Virus record (IMG/VR): IMGVR_UViG_3300025009_000050 | Location: 1 to 64,000 of that record | Direction: 5' to 3' (one strand) | Length of the DNA stretch: 64,000 nt | Part shown: piece after piece, positions 1 to 9,893 of the stretch | Layout: the number at the start of each line of letters is the position of its first letter | Numbering within the stretch: position 1 is the stretch's first letter | Program-made: the position numbers and the translations under genes | The notes under the pieces: model-generated | Told to the model about the DNA's origin: nothing | The model's input: only the letters and a program-made list of their open reading frames with translations | Databases searched by the model: none

Positions 1-2
1 AA

Positions 3-548
3 AAAGCCATAGAAATATATAAGTCAGTACAAGAAATTGGAACTGGCAATTGTTCAACAATCATTGGAGAATCAATGTCATTGAGGATAGCCAGAATCAG
101 AGATATTCAACTCGTTGAAGCTGGTGTTCCATTAGACTTTGTCTTCTATGGACATGGATCAGGATATTATAAGCATCTTGAGCGTGATACTAATGGCTGG
201 GCTATGAAAACAGCCTATAGTAATGGTGCAGACAGAATGAAACTTAGTATGGATGAAATTAAACAATCAATTCCTGGATTAGTTGACATTACTTTTGATC
301 ACAGTAAGGATAATACAAACCTGATTGTAATTCCACGAGGAAGCTTGCACAAATATAAGGGGTGCGAGTTGTATCAAACTGTATATGAATGGAATCCGAG
401 TATGCATGTGCCTCACATAAAAACATTCGATTGGAATGATACAATGGCACTTGGTAGAATGCAGACTGGAGCTCAGGAGAGTATTATTCTTTCTGATGAA
501 ATTAAAGGTCTCATCAACAACTTCATTGCAAGATATGGAGGTATGTAG
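3..548 (+). CDS. Nicotinamide phosphoribosyltransferase (NAMPT/NadV-like), C-terminal part; gene starts before the window
   Basis: Frame is open from position 3 (KAIEIY...TIIGESM). FYGHGSGYYKHLERDTNGWAMK matches the NAMPT C-terminal FGxGGxL..xRDT..xAMK motif. Sits directly upstream of an NMN adenylyltransferase. Confidence 0.75.
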   Translation, partial: KAIEIYKSVQEIGTGNCSTIIGESMSLRIARIRDIQLVEAGVPLDFVFYGHGSGYYKHLERDTNGWAMKTAYSNGADRMKLSMDEIKQSIPGLVDITFDHSKDNTNLIVIPRGSLHKYKGCELYQTVYEWNPSMHVPHIKTFDWNDTMALGRMQTGAQESIILSDEIKGLINNFIARYGGM

Positions 549-549
549 C

Positions 550-1104
550 ATGGTATCAACTGGTTTCTGTATCGGTAGATTCCAACACTTTCACCTCCTG
601 CATGAGTCACTGGTACGTCCTGGTCTCACTTTATGCGATAAGTTTTTAGTTATTGTGGGATCTGCCGGTATTATACCTAATGAAAGAAATCCATTCCCCA
701 TAAATCTAAGGATTGAACTAATCCAGACGATCTTCAGTAATGAAGTTAGATCCGGTAAGCTGATGATAATGCCGTTAGCTGATCTAACAACTGAAGATGA
801 CATTTCAGAAGCATGGGGTAACTACTTGCTAACTGCAGCTAAATGCTTCCTGGGTGATACTCCTGGTATGTTTATATCAGGTAATGATGAACGCAGAGGC
901 GAATGGTTTAACCAAAATACAATTCCTTATACTCATCAGTTGATTGTGCCTAGACCACCTGGAGTACATGCTTCTGCTACAGATTTAAGGAAGATGTTAA
1001 TTGATAATAATGAATCTGAATGGAGAAAACATACAAATCCAAAGATTCATCATTATTATAATATCTTAAGGAAGGAGGTTCTGAGGTTAAGATTCGCTAG
1101 TTAA
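550..1104 (+). CDS. nadM: Nicotinamide-nucleotide adenylyltransferase (NadM-like, cytidylyltransferase fold)
   Basis: GRFQHFHLLH (GRFQPxHxGH-type HxxH motif), IVGSA, ERNPF, SAT(D)LRK. ATG at 550 directly follows the upstream stop, so the track start at 436 is too early. Confidence 0.85.
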   Translation: MVSTGFCIGRFQHFHLLHESLVRPGLTLCDKFLVIVGSAGIIPNERNPFPINLRIELIQTIFSNEVRSGKLMIMPLADLTTEDDISEAWGNYLLTAAKCFLGDTPGMFISGNDERRGEWFNQNTIPYTHQLIVPRPPGVHASATDLRKMLIDNNESEWRKHTNPKIHHYYNILRKEVLRLRFAS

Positions 1105-1127
1105 AATATTAAAGGGGAGATAGAGAA

Positions 1128-1664
1128 TTGAGCGCTAAGATGTTAATTAATAACTGGAAGGATACAGAGATTAATGCTTTAAAGAATGCATTAAATCTTA
1201 TGCCGACTCATCCAGTCAGTGTTACCTTTGCAAAGAATGTAATCAGTGGTAGGACGAGCCAAAGTATGGTAATGGCTTATCGTAAACACCTGGTCCCATC
1301 CATTATCAAAGGTCTCAAAAGTGCAATATCTGAGTATGGGTGTCCACTACCCGATAGTGTTATTTCAAATCTAGGAATAGAACTTGGGTATTCTTCGATA
1401 AGGATGAAAAAACTTGCCGATCATTACATTAAGAAAGGCATGTTCAAAAGCCTAATTAAGAAGTATACAGATAAGGCTGTAGTTAAGACACAGCTTCAGG
1501 TTGAATCCGATAAGAAAGTTACACAAAGTACTCCTGTATCAAGTAAACCTGTAAAGGCTACCATAACAACTACAATTGGTACTGATCCGGTGTCATTTAG
1601 AGTTGGTGACACTCTCTTCACTATCAAAATGACTAATGATGAAGTGAAGGTAACAGTACAATAG
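1128..1664 (+). CDS. Hypothetical protein
   Basis: 178-aa ORF with an AGGGGAG SD and TTG start; no recognisable motif. Confidence 0.6.
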   Translation: MSAKMLINNWKDTEINALKNALNLMPTHPVSVTFAKNVISGRTSQSMVMAYRKHLVPSIIKGLKSAISEYGCPLPDSVISNLGIELGYSSIRMKKLADHYIKKGMFKSLIKKYTDKAVVKTQLQVESDKKVTQSTPVSSKPVKATITTTIGTDPVSFRVGDTLFTIKMTNDEVKVTVQ

Positions 1665-1686
1665 CAGTCGTTAAGGAGGTGAGGTG

Positions 1687-1839
1687 ATGGGACCGTGGCT
1701 GTTTATTGACTTCTTAATTGCCATACTAGTAATTATATCCTGTATCATAGGTTTAAAGAGATTCTTCGTTAAATTTGGAGGATGGGTTAGTAATCTTTTC
1801 TCCATGCCGGAAGACGAAGATAATAAAAAAGAGGAGTGA
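1687..1839 (+). CDS. Small membrane protein (50 aa)
   Basis: GGAGGTGAGGTG SD; MGPWLFIDFLIAILVIISCIIGLKRFF is a hydrophobic helix; precedes the SPFH gene. Confidence 0.6.
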   Translation: MGPWLFIDFLIAILVIISCIIGLKRFFVKFGGWVSNLFSMPEDEDNKKEE

Positions 1840-1843
1840 TCGT

Positions 1844-2740
1844 ATGCAATTATCAACACATGGTAAGTTTGTGCTTGGAGGTACCATAGGAGGTATATTA
1901 GCATTTGTAATTCTCGTTATTGCCATTATGTGTACAATCAGTATTTCCCCAGGACAAGTAGGTGTCCTGTATGATCGAGCTAAAGGCGGCGTACAAAAAG
2001 ATCCTCTACTTCAAGGCTTCCATGTTATAATGCCTATTAAACAATCAGTTCAAGAATACCCGGTAAGTACGCAAACTTTGGAATTAACTGCTTCTAAAAC
2101 AGAGGGTAGCCCAGAAGACGAATCTTGGTTAATACCCACTAAGGAAAACTTGAATGTGAATATTGACAGTTATTTATCCTATCATATTGAACCAGCTATG
2201 GCTCCCCACGTATACAATAAGTTTAGGGGCCGTGATATCCAGGACATTGCACAGACTTATATCCGTACCAACATGAAAAACATCGCCCAAAACTGCACCG
2301 GAACATACAGTGTACTTGGCATTGCAGGTGATCAGCGTGAAGAAGCTTGTAACTTAATCACAAATAATTTAAAAGAGTTCTTTGGACCGGATGGAATCGT
2401 TGTTGAAAGATTCAACTTCGGTGAAGTCAGATTACCAAGCAGCATTCAAGCTTCCGTAAATGATAAGATTAATTCTGCACAACAGGCTCAACAGGCAGAA
2501 CTTATTCTTAAGAAGAAAGAAATTGAAATTAAACAGGCTGTAGCAGAAGCTCAAGGCCGTGCTCAAGCTATGACAATTGATGCTAAAGCTCAAGCAGATG
2601 CCAACAGAATCATTGCTGAATCATTAACACCGTCCCTTGTACAGTTGAAAGCCATTGAGAAATTCAATGATAAAGTTAATGTTATGATGGTGCCGCCTGG
2701 TATGTCAGTACTCTCAGGTATGCCTGGCTTATTCAAATAA
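1844..2740 (+). CDS. SPFH/band-7 (prohibitin/flotillin-like) membrane protein
   Basis: N-terminal TM helix, ISPGQVGVLYDR..GG, LLQGFHVIMP, VVERFNFGEVRLP, and an AEAQGRAQA coiled-coil tail. GAGGAG SD before ATG 1844. Confidence 0.9.
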   Translation: MQLSTHGKFVLGGTIGGILAFVILVIAIMCTISISPGQVGVLYDRAKGGVQKDPLLQGFHVIMPIKQSVQEYPVSTQTLELTASKTEGSPEDESWLIPTKENLNVNIDSYLSYHIEPAMAPHVYNKFRGRDIQDIAQTYIRTNMKNIAQNCTGTYSVLGIAGDQREEACNLITNNLKEFFGPDGIVVERFNFGEVRLPSSIQASVNDKINSAQQAQQAELILKKKEIEIKQAVAEAQGRAQAMTIDAKAQADANRIIAESLTPSLVQLKAIEKFNDKVNVMMVPPGMSVLSGMPGLFK

Positions 2741-2746
2741 GATATC

Positions 2747-2760
2747 GCCCCTTCGGGGGC
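2747..2760 (+). terminator. GC hairpin with cUUCGg loop after the SPFH gene (terminator or stabilising hairpin)
   Basis: GCCCC-TTCG-GGGGC; no strong U-tract follows. Confidence 0.45.
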
Positions 2761-2764
2761 ATTA

Positions 2765-2815
2765 CGGGCTAGCTAGTGGACTAGTCAAAGTAGGTTCGAT
2801 TCCTACCACGGCCCG
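2765..2815 (+). ncRNA. Anticodon-less tRNA-like element
   Basis: Closing stem CGGGCT/GGCCCG, D-like hairpin CTAG-TGGA-CTAG, canonical T-arm GTAGG-TTCGATT-CCTAC; no anticodon arm. Confidence 0.55.
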
Positions 2816-2835
2816 CCCTGATTAAATCTAAGGAG

Positions 2836-3087
2836 GTGATTGTCATAATAGTAGGTTTTTGTTCTGTAACTAAATATGCATGCAATGTTTATATTCATGA
2901 TGAAGCAATCATAGTGATAGGACTCGTAGGAAGTGAATTTCCACAATTTGATTTTAAACTATTCGATATCAATTATAGGTGCGATATATTCATACCGAGA
3001 AATCCTGATGTGAAGTTTAAAGAATATCAAACTATACCATATGTAAGTGCAGTTCCGATGAAAACCTTATTAATGAACTATGGATAA
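2836..3087 (+). CDS. Hypothetical protein
   Basis: 83-aa ORF with a GGAGGTG SD; the true start may be ATA at 2845. Confidence 0.45.
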   Translation: MIVIIVGFCSVTKYACNVYIHDEAIIVIGLVGSEFPQFDFKLFDINYRCDIFIPRNPDVKFKEYQTIPYVSAVPMKTLLMNYG

Positions 3088-3144
3088 CTTTGCCCAGCTG
3101 TGAGGGCCAATCCAGCACTAATTTACTTATATACATTTAATTCA

Positions 3145-3185
3145 GGAGCGGATGGCAGATGACAAATAAGTCCAATACCGCTCCA
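3145..3185 (+). pseudogene. tRNA remnant (acceptor stem plus start of D-arm only)
   Basis: GGAGCGG/CCGCTCC 7-bp stem followed by A; begins GGAGCGGATGGCAGA like a type-II tRNA; the interior is deleted. Ends 5 nt before the tmRNA. Confidence 0.4.
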
Positions 3186-3190
3186 TTCAT

Positions 3191-3939
3191 GGGCGTACCG
3201 GGTTTCGACGGAGCGTGAGAGTAAAACTTGCCTAGAGGTTGGTTACCATATAACCACAAGGCTTTAAATGCCAAAACTACTCTTCAAGCTGCCTAGTCTC
3301 TAATTAACTTTAGAGCTGGGAGATCAGCCCCAAAACACCGAGCTTATCCCAGCAATCGGATGAGGGTCAAAGAATGGGAGAGTCCTATCGGAAACAGTAG
3401 TTCGGAAGGGCTACAGATAGGCAATAGGTCATAGAAGGCGAAAGCAATCGCTCTTTCCGGTTTAGGACTGACTAGTAAGGTACGTAGGAGAACTATGGGT
3501 CGTTCTCTGAAGACAACCTGGTAGAGTATTAGAAACTGGCCTCGCATACATTAGTGCAACCCTAACCCATTAAGGAGTCGCTAATGATAATATGGTGGTA
3601 GGTGGCCGAAATTCAGTCCATGTAGGGTTAAAATCCCTACTCTATGGCAAATAGTTTCTTGCATCCTAAATGCAAGTGGTGGAGGTTAATAAATATCACT
3701 GGTGGCAAATTGGCAAAGCGACACGTCGGCTCTATATGTAACTAAGTGAGCTTACGGGTGTCCACCCAGAGGTTACACGCTGAAGCGTGGCTGTTATTAC
3801 AGTTTGTAGGTTCGACTCCTACCCAGTGATGAAAGTGAGCAAGCTACTTAGTGCTGCCGTTGACCACGATGGTCTATTCTAGGTAGACGGTTTAGGGTAA
3901 CAGTTCCGGACGGGGGTTCAACTCCCCCTACGTCCACCA
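3191..3939 (+). ncRNA. ssrA: tmRNA (SsrA), 749 nt, interrupted by a ~400-nt insert
   Basis: Acceptor GGGCGTA/TACGTCC with G3-U70 and encoded ACCA; 5' motif GGTTTCGACGG; T-arm GGGGG-TTCAACT-CCCCC; tag ORF 3270-3296 AKTTLQAA* after TTAAAT; helix 2a CGGAGC/GTTCCG; helix 2c TTGCCTAG/CTAGGTAG; pk4-like GACTGACTA at 3466-3474. Confidence 0.92.
3696..3830 (+). ncRNA. Expanded tRNA-like element inside the tmRNA insert
   Basis: Acceptor TCACTGG/CCAGTGA; Leu/Ser-type D-arm TGGCAAATTGGCAAAGC; stem GACAC/GTGTC enclosing 33 nt; 43-nt variable region with two hairpins; T-arm GTAGG-TTCGACT-CCTAC; no CCA. Confidence 0.7.
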
Positions 3940-3968
3940 TAAAACAAATATAAAGGAAGAAGTATAAT

Positions 3969-5527
3969 ATGAAACCAATTACTTCACAAGAATGCCTTGC
4001 AGCTCTTAAGGAAGGTATAACAAAGTTCGGCACCTATGATTACTATGATAAAGGTGTAGACAGTGTAATGTTTATACCTCCATTGCTCGACAGGTTTAAA
4101 CAAATGTCAGCTAAAGATGTTCAGAAGGTATTGCTTGAGGTACTTGAATATGAGCATGGGAAACATTTTGTTGGATTTATACTAATGTGTCTTGAAGAAA
4201 TGCCTGATGCATATTGGGATGAATTAACGAATGATCCTAGTCTAAATAAGCTATTACTTTAATAAAGTAATAGCTTTATGAGGTGATACTATGCAATGGT
4301 GTCTAAGATGTAATACATTAAGGGAAGATCATGAAAAGTATTGCCCAACATGTGTAGCTAAACTTGAAGAAGGCAGACGCATATTATTAGATTCAATTCG
4401 TACAGCTACAGAACTTATCCCACCAGATTGTCTTGTGATCCGAATTTTAAGACAAATCAATATAGACATAATCAGTCTAAAGACTGGTAGACCCTGGAGA
4501 TACATATTGTGAGGTGATTAGTAATGCAAGTACAGATCATATCTTTAGTTGGTACCGATAAAGTTGTCCGTGAAGGATTGTTCACTCTTATTTCTCCTCA
4601 TCTTGAAGAAGCTACGGCTGAAGCAGAAAAGGTTCAGCTTGTTGATCCTTATGCTGGAACAACTAAGATGCCATACCATAGTAGAGAAAGTGTACTCAAA
4701 CTCAATAACATTTATGTAGGTGAGTATAGAGTTGATACAGGTGACCCTCCATATTGCAGTTATTATACAACATGCTTAATTCATGAGTTTATTAGTCAGA
4801 TAATATTTACTAAGGAAGATAAGAAGCATTATCACACTATTGAAGCTGGCGAAGTTCATGAGGAAAAGTATATCTACGTTATTACACCAAAATAGTAGGA
4901 GGTGACGAATTGTTAAGTAACGTCTCCTTAAGTAACTTTATCTTCTGCGTAATTAATGAACCTGAAGCCAGTAACGGGTTTTTTATAATTATTAATACTC
5001 AGAAGTGTTGGAGTAATGATCATATTATTACTGATCATTATACTGACGAAGAATGGGATGTTCTCAGACCAGTTCTTTCAAAATATAACCTTATAGATAC
5101 AATGGAGTCTATTTATGAAAGCAATATGAGATTTACTCCTGATAAAATGACCCAGCTTTTACTTGCTGAAGGCTTGCAGCAGGATAGTTTATTCACTCAA
5201 TGGTGCAAAACAATCCCGTCATTTTATTAGCGCTCCTCTTACAAGAGAATAAGAACATAAGAAGGTGTATCATGCCAGTACTATTCTGGGGTTATATAAT
5301 CACAGTAGTTGTATTGTGGGTATTATGTAATTACTTTTAGGAGGTACTATATGTTAAGAGTAACTACTGATGAGAAAGAATTTACCGGAGTAAGTAGAGT
5401 AATAGTGTGTGATGATGGTTCACATCGTAATCCAAGGACTAATCTTCTTATAGAATTTACTAATAGTAGTGATACTGTTACTTTAACAGTAAATTCTATA
5501 TCAGATATTATAATAGATACGAAATAA
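3969..5527 (+). other. Run of small hypothetical ORFs (3969-4262, 4291-4512, 4524-4895, 4910-5230, ~5351-5527)
   Basis: Tightly packed ORFs with SD sites; 4291-4512 has a CxxC...CxxC motif; no function recognisable. Confidence 0.55.
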
Positions 5528-5558
5528 ATAGAATCTATAAACTCAATGGAGGTACATT

Positions 5559-6782
5559 ATGATTATCAAAGGTAAGCATAATACTGCAGAAGTGTTTACA
5601 GACAATGTTGACGCGCAAACTATATCTCAAATAATTGAATTATGTAATCAGGAATTTACGATTGGTAGTTCAATTAAGATTATGCCGGATTGTCATAAAG
5701 GTGCTGGATGTACCATAGGAACTACAATGACAATAAAGAATAAGATCGTTCCTAACTTAGTTGGTGTGGACATATCCTGCGGCATGCTTGTTGTTGAGTT
5801 AGGTAATATAGATATTGATCTAAAGAATTTCGATGATTATATCACTAATAACATTCCAAGCGGTTATAACATCAATGTCTTATCAAAGTGTGATTTCAAA
5901 GATCAAATTAATAAATTACTTTGTATTAGAGGTATCAGTAAGATCGCCAAAGATTTTAATAAAGCTCTGGGTAGCCTTGGTGGTGGGAATCACTTCATCG
6001 AGATTAATGTGGATAGCCAAGATAATAAATATTTAGTCATACATAGTGGAAGTAGGAACCTTGGTAAGCAAGTAGCAGAATACTACCAGGGCAGTGCTTA
6101 CGGATACCATAGTGGATTCAACGATGATTATGAAGCTATGAAGATTGCTCTAATCAAAGGATACAAAGCAGTTGGTAAGGAACATAAAATACAAAAAGCT
6201 CTGAAGGTTCTTCAGCAAGAGTGCAAGAAAGCCTGTAGTATACCTAAGGATCTGTGTTATCTAGAAGGCACCTTAATGCAAGAATATCTTCATGATGTGG
6301 CCATTATACAGCAATATGCTAGTTTAAATAGAATGACCATGGCTAGAAGAATAGTGGAGGAATGCTTAGGATTAAGATACCGTGAGCTGGATTCCTTTCA
6401 AACAATACATAATTACATTGACCTGGAGCATATGATACTTCGCAAAGGTGCTGTATCTGCTCAGTTAGGAGAAAAATTAATCATTCCCATTAACATGCGT
6501 GATGGCAGCATCATTGCTATAGGTAAGGGAAACCCTGATTGGAATTTCTCAGCTCCTCATGGTGCAGGACGTCTAATGAGTAGGTCCCAAGCTAAAAAGA
6601 ACATTGATATGAATGATTATGTCCTAACCATGAAAGGCATCTATACTTCATCAGTTACTGAATCTACCATAGATGAAGCTCCTATGGCTTATAAGCCCAT
6701 AGAGGAGATCATCGAGAACACAGGTGATACTATAGAAATAGTTAACATCATTAAGCCCATATATAACTTTAAATCAAGCTAG
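5559..6782 (+). CDS. rtcB: RtcB-family RNA ligase
   Basis: MPDCHKGAGCTIG, VGVDISCGM, LGGGNHFIE, IHSGSRNLG, HNY, RKGA, SAPHGAGR, DEAPMAYK. Confidence 0.95.
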   Translation: MIIKGKHNTAEVFTDNVDAQTISQIIELCNQEFTIGSSIKIMPDCHKGAGCTIGTTMTIKNKIVPNLVGVDISCGMLVVELGNIDIDLKNFDDYITNNIPSGYNINVLSKCDFKDQINKLLCIRGISKIAKDFNKALGSLGGGNHFIEINVDSQDNKYLVIHSGSRNLGKQVAEYYQGSAYGYHSGFNDDYEAMKIALIKGYKAVGKEHKIQKALKVLQQECKKACSIPKDLCYLEGTLMQEYLHDVAIIQQYASLNRMTMARRIVEECLGLRYRELDSFQTIHNYIDLEHMILRKGAVSAQLGEKLIIPINMRDGSIIAIGKGNPDWNFSAPHGAGRLMSRSQAKKNIDMNDYVLTMKGIYTSSVTESTIDEAPMAYKPIEEIIENTGDTIEIVNIIKPIYNFKSS

Positions 6783-6885
6783 CATACGTCTAGATACAAT
6801 ACTAGCACTCTAGTAGTGATAGAAGATATAATACTTTAGTTTCAATAAGGCGATAATAAAATTGTTAAAGGGGTCGACATAAATT

Positions 6886-7344
6886 ATGAGTATACCTCAA
6901 AATAATATCACCGCAGTTCCATATGTTAAAGGAATGGAAGATGGCTACTTCTGTTATGAGTTAAACGGTAAATTCATAGGTTATTATAAGAAGAATAGTC
7001 CACTTCCTAAAGTTAATAGGGTTCCAGTCATTGAAACTACCAACGGCTGTATTGAACCCAAAGAAGGACAGTGGATAGTGACTTCTGACAAAGGAAAGAT
7101 AGTCTGTGATCCTCAATATTTGATTGCATTTGAGGAGAAGTATATCTGCTACTCAGACGACAATATTGGTTCAACTTCTCAGGGGAATAATCTTGTAGAG
7201 CTTTGTAAACTTGAAGGCTTGATAAGTTGTGCTATAGAAATGGTGGTAAATGAGGATTTACTTGGTGGCAGGGATTCTGAAGCTAGTCTTTGCCTCAATA
7301 GGGTATTCGATTTTATTAATATCATGAAAAGAAAGGGTAAGTAG
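6886..7344 (+). CDS. Phage protein with a PGDYG-like domain
   Basis: VIETTNG...PKEGQWIVTSDKG...CDPQ...FEEKY resembles the common phage IxTLEG..A..GDWII...G..YPC..D.F...Y family. Confidence 0.4.
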   Translation: MSIPQNNITAVPYVKGMEDGYFCYELNGKFIGYYKKNSPLPKVNRVPVIETTNGCIEPKEGQWIVTSDKGKIVCDPQYLIAFEEKYICYSDDNIGSTSQGNNLVELCKLEGLISCAIEMVVNEDLLGGRDSEASLCLNRVFDFINIMKRKGK

Positions 7345-7458
7345 TCGTCTATGATTAATGACATATGTATGTCAATATTATCTATATCAATGTCTATAAT
7401 GTGTTTATCTTTAGCAGCCGCATGTGTTGGTCTTGTATGGGTAATGTTTAAGAAGTAG

Positions 7459-9590
7459 GTGAATAAACTGAAACCATTATACGTCAAAAGTGAAATTCGT
7501 TTACTTTTCTATCCTGACAGTAATATTTCAGATAGGATAAAGGCAGTAATTAAATCCGCAGAAAGTTTAGTAAGTTCTACAACAGCATTTTGTCCTAAAT
7601 GTGGAAAGATGTTGACGATTGTAGCTATAGACGACACATCTGAAAATTACTACTGTCAGACCTGTGATTATAAATATTAGGAGTTGATATGTTGGTTCTC
7701 TCCTTAACGGATATTAGAGATAAGCTTCCTGAGTGGAATCGGCTCCTTCTGTATAACAGGAAGCAAGAGAATATAAAGAAACACAGATGTGGTGAACTTT
7801 CTAATGGTTGGAATCTCGAATTCGAGATTAAAGTACATAAGGAAGATGCAGTAGACGCTTATTACTTAATCAAATACTCTGATTATTTCTGGGGTAATTT
7901 AGAACCTGAAGTGGTCACTAGTAAATATAGGGTAATAAGAGTATTCGGAAACTAAATGGAGGCTATTATGACCATATATAAGAGCGTTAAGAAGCTCCCA
8001 AGACCTACTGTAAGGCGTCCTAGCGATATTTGATTATTAGGAGGTGATAATATGAATCCTCTAAAAGCACATTTACTTAAAAATACGCAATCATTTCTAA
8101 GAGACGGATGGAGGAATCAGCTTAAAAGAAATGGCAGCTTCCTATGTTTCCGTAAAATTATTGACAACATCCGAATTGAAGTAACAGCCCCTGATGAAAA
8201 TGCCATTATGATTTTTCTCTATGACACTACAAAGTCAAAATGCAGAATTCAGGGAAAAAGGTCTCTGAAAGGGATGCAGGATATAAGTGCTATACTTGCA
8301 GAAGCGAGAAGCGTTCTTAGCTTTTATCTTGAACATTCAAGTAGTAAAGAGGTGATGTAGTGCCACTAACAGATATATTTATATGCGTCCTATTTTCAGT
8401 AACTGCTACTGTACTAGCAATATGGTCAATCTTCTACCTAGACAAGGTAGCACGTAAAGAATATGTAAAGTTAACTGAACCTGGGTATCTAACTGTGAGA
8501 ATGGCTCATTATGATGGCGTAAGACCTCTATACAATTTAACTCCAGAAGAGGTAAGTCAGCTTGATCAAATTCTCTCTCAGAGAGGTGTAAAGATAATCA
8601 CATTATGTGATAAGTCAATGGGATAACATGCTGTTAGAGATTGGAGGCAATGATATGAATAGCTTCGGTGTTGGCGTAATAGGTGGGCTAACTTATCGAG
8701 TTTACAAAGATTTGATAGCTCAGAATATAGATATTGCCGTAGACATGGCTATAGCTCTCTTTAACAAAGAAACAGATGACGACAGAACTCGTTCAAACTG
8801 TATGATTTCAGCATGGTGCTCATAGTTATCAGCGCTAAGGAGGTGATAGATGATGTTTGGATATTTGTTGGTCTGCTAGTCATTCTTGGTATAATTATAA
8901 TTTGTAATTCTGGAGACTCAAGAGGCCGTAAAAGTAGTGGAGGCTGGGACTTTCCCGATATTGGTGGTGATGATTAAATGGAACCTTTAAAGATTGATAC
9001 AACAATTGTTGTAACTTATGATCCTGATCACTTTGCTATACAACGCATATCAGAAAGAATTAAAGAGAAGATAAAGTCTATGAGTGGTACTATAAGAGTA
9101 AGAACTCCTTTTTGTCCTGTATGTGGAAATGAGCTGATTGAGAGGACAAATCAGACTACGCGAATTTATGAATGCCCAAGTCGCGTATGTAATTATAAAT
9201 ATAGAGAGGATCTCTAATGAAAGACTTACAAGTATCAAACTGTATAGAACCTCCTATAGAACTTGATGGCAAGGAGCTATGTCCTGATTGCTGGTGTAAG
9301 TATTAACAGTAAATTTGTAGACCTAGGAGGACATTAGTGTGCAAATCATTGATGAGAGAAGCGAATCTAAGAAGATTCCTAATGTCGGTGATGTAATAGA
9401 GTTAAGTAACGGAACCAAACTACTCGTAGTCAAAGACAGTCGTTGTGCTGAAAATGAGTATAGAGTAGTTAATCTTTTAGAAAGTAGGATATACGCTGAA
9501 TCATTTGTTTCACTGGAAGACTGTGTTAATACAGCTAATATTCGTGCAATCATACCAGGAGAAAAGTTAAGGTTAACAATAAGAGTATAG
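7459..9590 (+). other. Run of small hypothetical ORFs (7459-7680, 7689-7955, 8052-8360, 8360-8626, 8978-9217, 9339-9590 and others)
   Basis: Packed ORFs with GGAGG SDs; 7459 and 8978 end in CPxCG...CxxC zinc ribbons; 8360 has a TM helix. Confidence 0.55.
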
Positions 9591-9603
9591 GGAGGTGATA
9601 GAT

Positions 9604-9756
9604 ATAGATTTAGGTATTTTGGCTATATTTGCTTTATTTATATGCTTCCTTGTAATCGTAGTTTCTTGCTCTAGCTCAAAAGGTGGTCGCAAAAGTAGTG
9701 GTGGTGGATCAAGTTTGGACTTTTTCGATTCTGACGGTGGAGATGGTGGAGATTAA
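9604..9756 (+). CDS. Small membrane protein with Gly/Ser/Asp tail, probable ATA start
   Basis: GGAGGTG SD 6 nt before ATA; IDLGILAIFALFICFLVIVVSCSSSKGGRKSSGGG...GGD*. Confidence 0.5.
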   Translation: MDLGILAIFALFICFLVIVVSCSSSKGGRKSSGGGSSLDFFDSDGGDGGD

Positions 9757-9893
9757 TGTAATTTATTGCAGGTAGCAGATTTTCTTTCTGTTAAGAGAAC
9801 AAAATCTCCTATATGAAACGGGTGTGAGCGGCATCTCACTAACAAGCCCGTCATTGCTTCGAGGAACCTAGAAAAAAGCAAGTTACAAGATGG

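Noticed and set aside
3082-3120. Small pseudoknot near tRNA-like elements as a theta/HDV-like or twister ribozyme
   Set aside because: Pairings exist (GGAT/ATCC, GCCC/GGGC, GCTG/CAGC), but the L3, P1.1 and J4/2 consensus and the P2/P4 arrangement do not fit.
3475-3882. The tmRNA insert begins GTAAGG, ends TTCTAG and has a TTGAC branch-like pentamer, like a spliceosomal intron
   Set aside because: A bacterial phage has no spliceosome access, and that splice would drop one G from helix 2c. Treated as coincidence.
3476-3882. tmRNA insert as a group I or group II intron
   Set aside because: No convincing P1 U-G, P3/P7 core or terminal G register like those of the clear intron at 30644; no GUGYG start or domain V. 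Infernal should confirm.
3344-4033. Minus-strand ORFs 3344-3547 and 3848-4033
   Set aside because: They lie within the tmRNA gene, lack SD sites and motifs, and are shadow ORFs.
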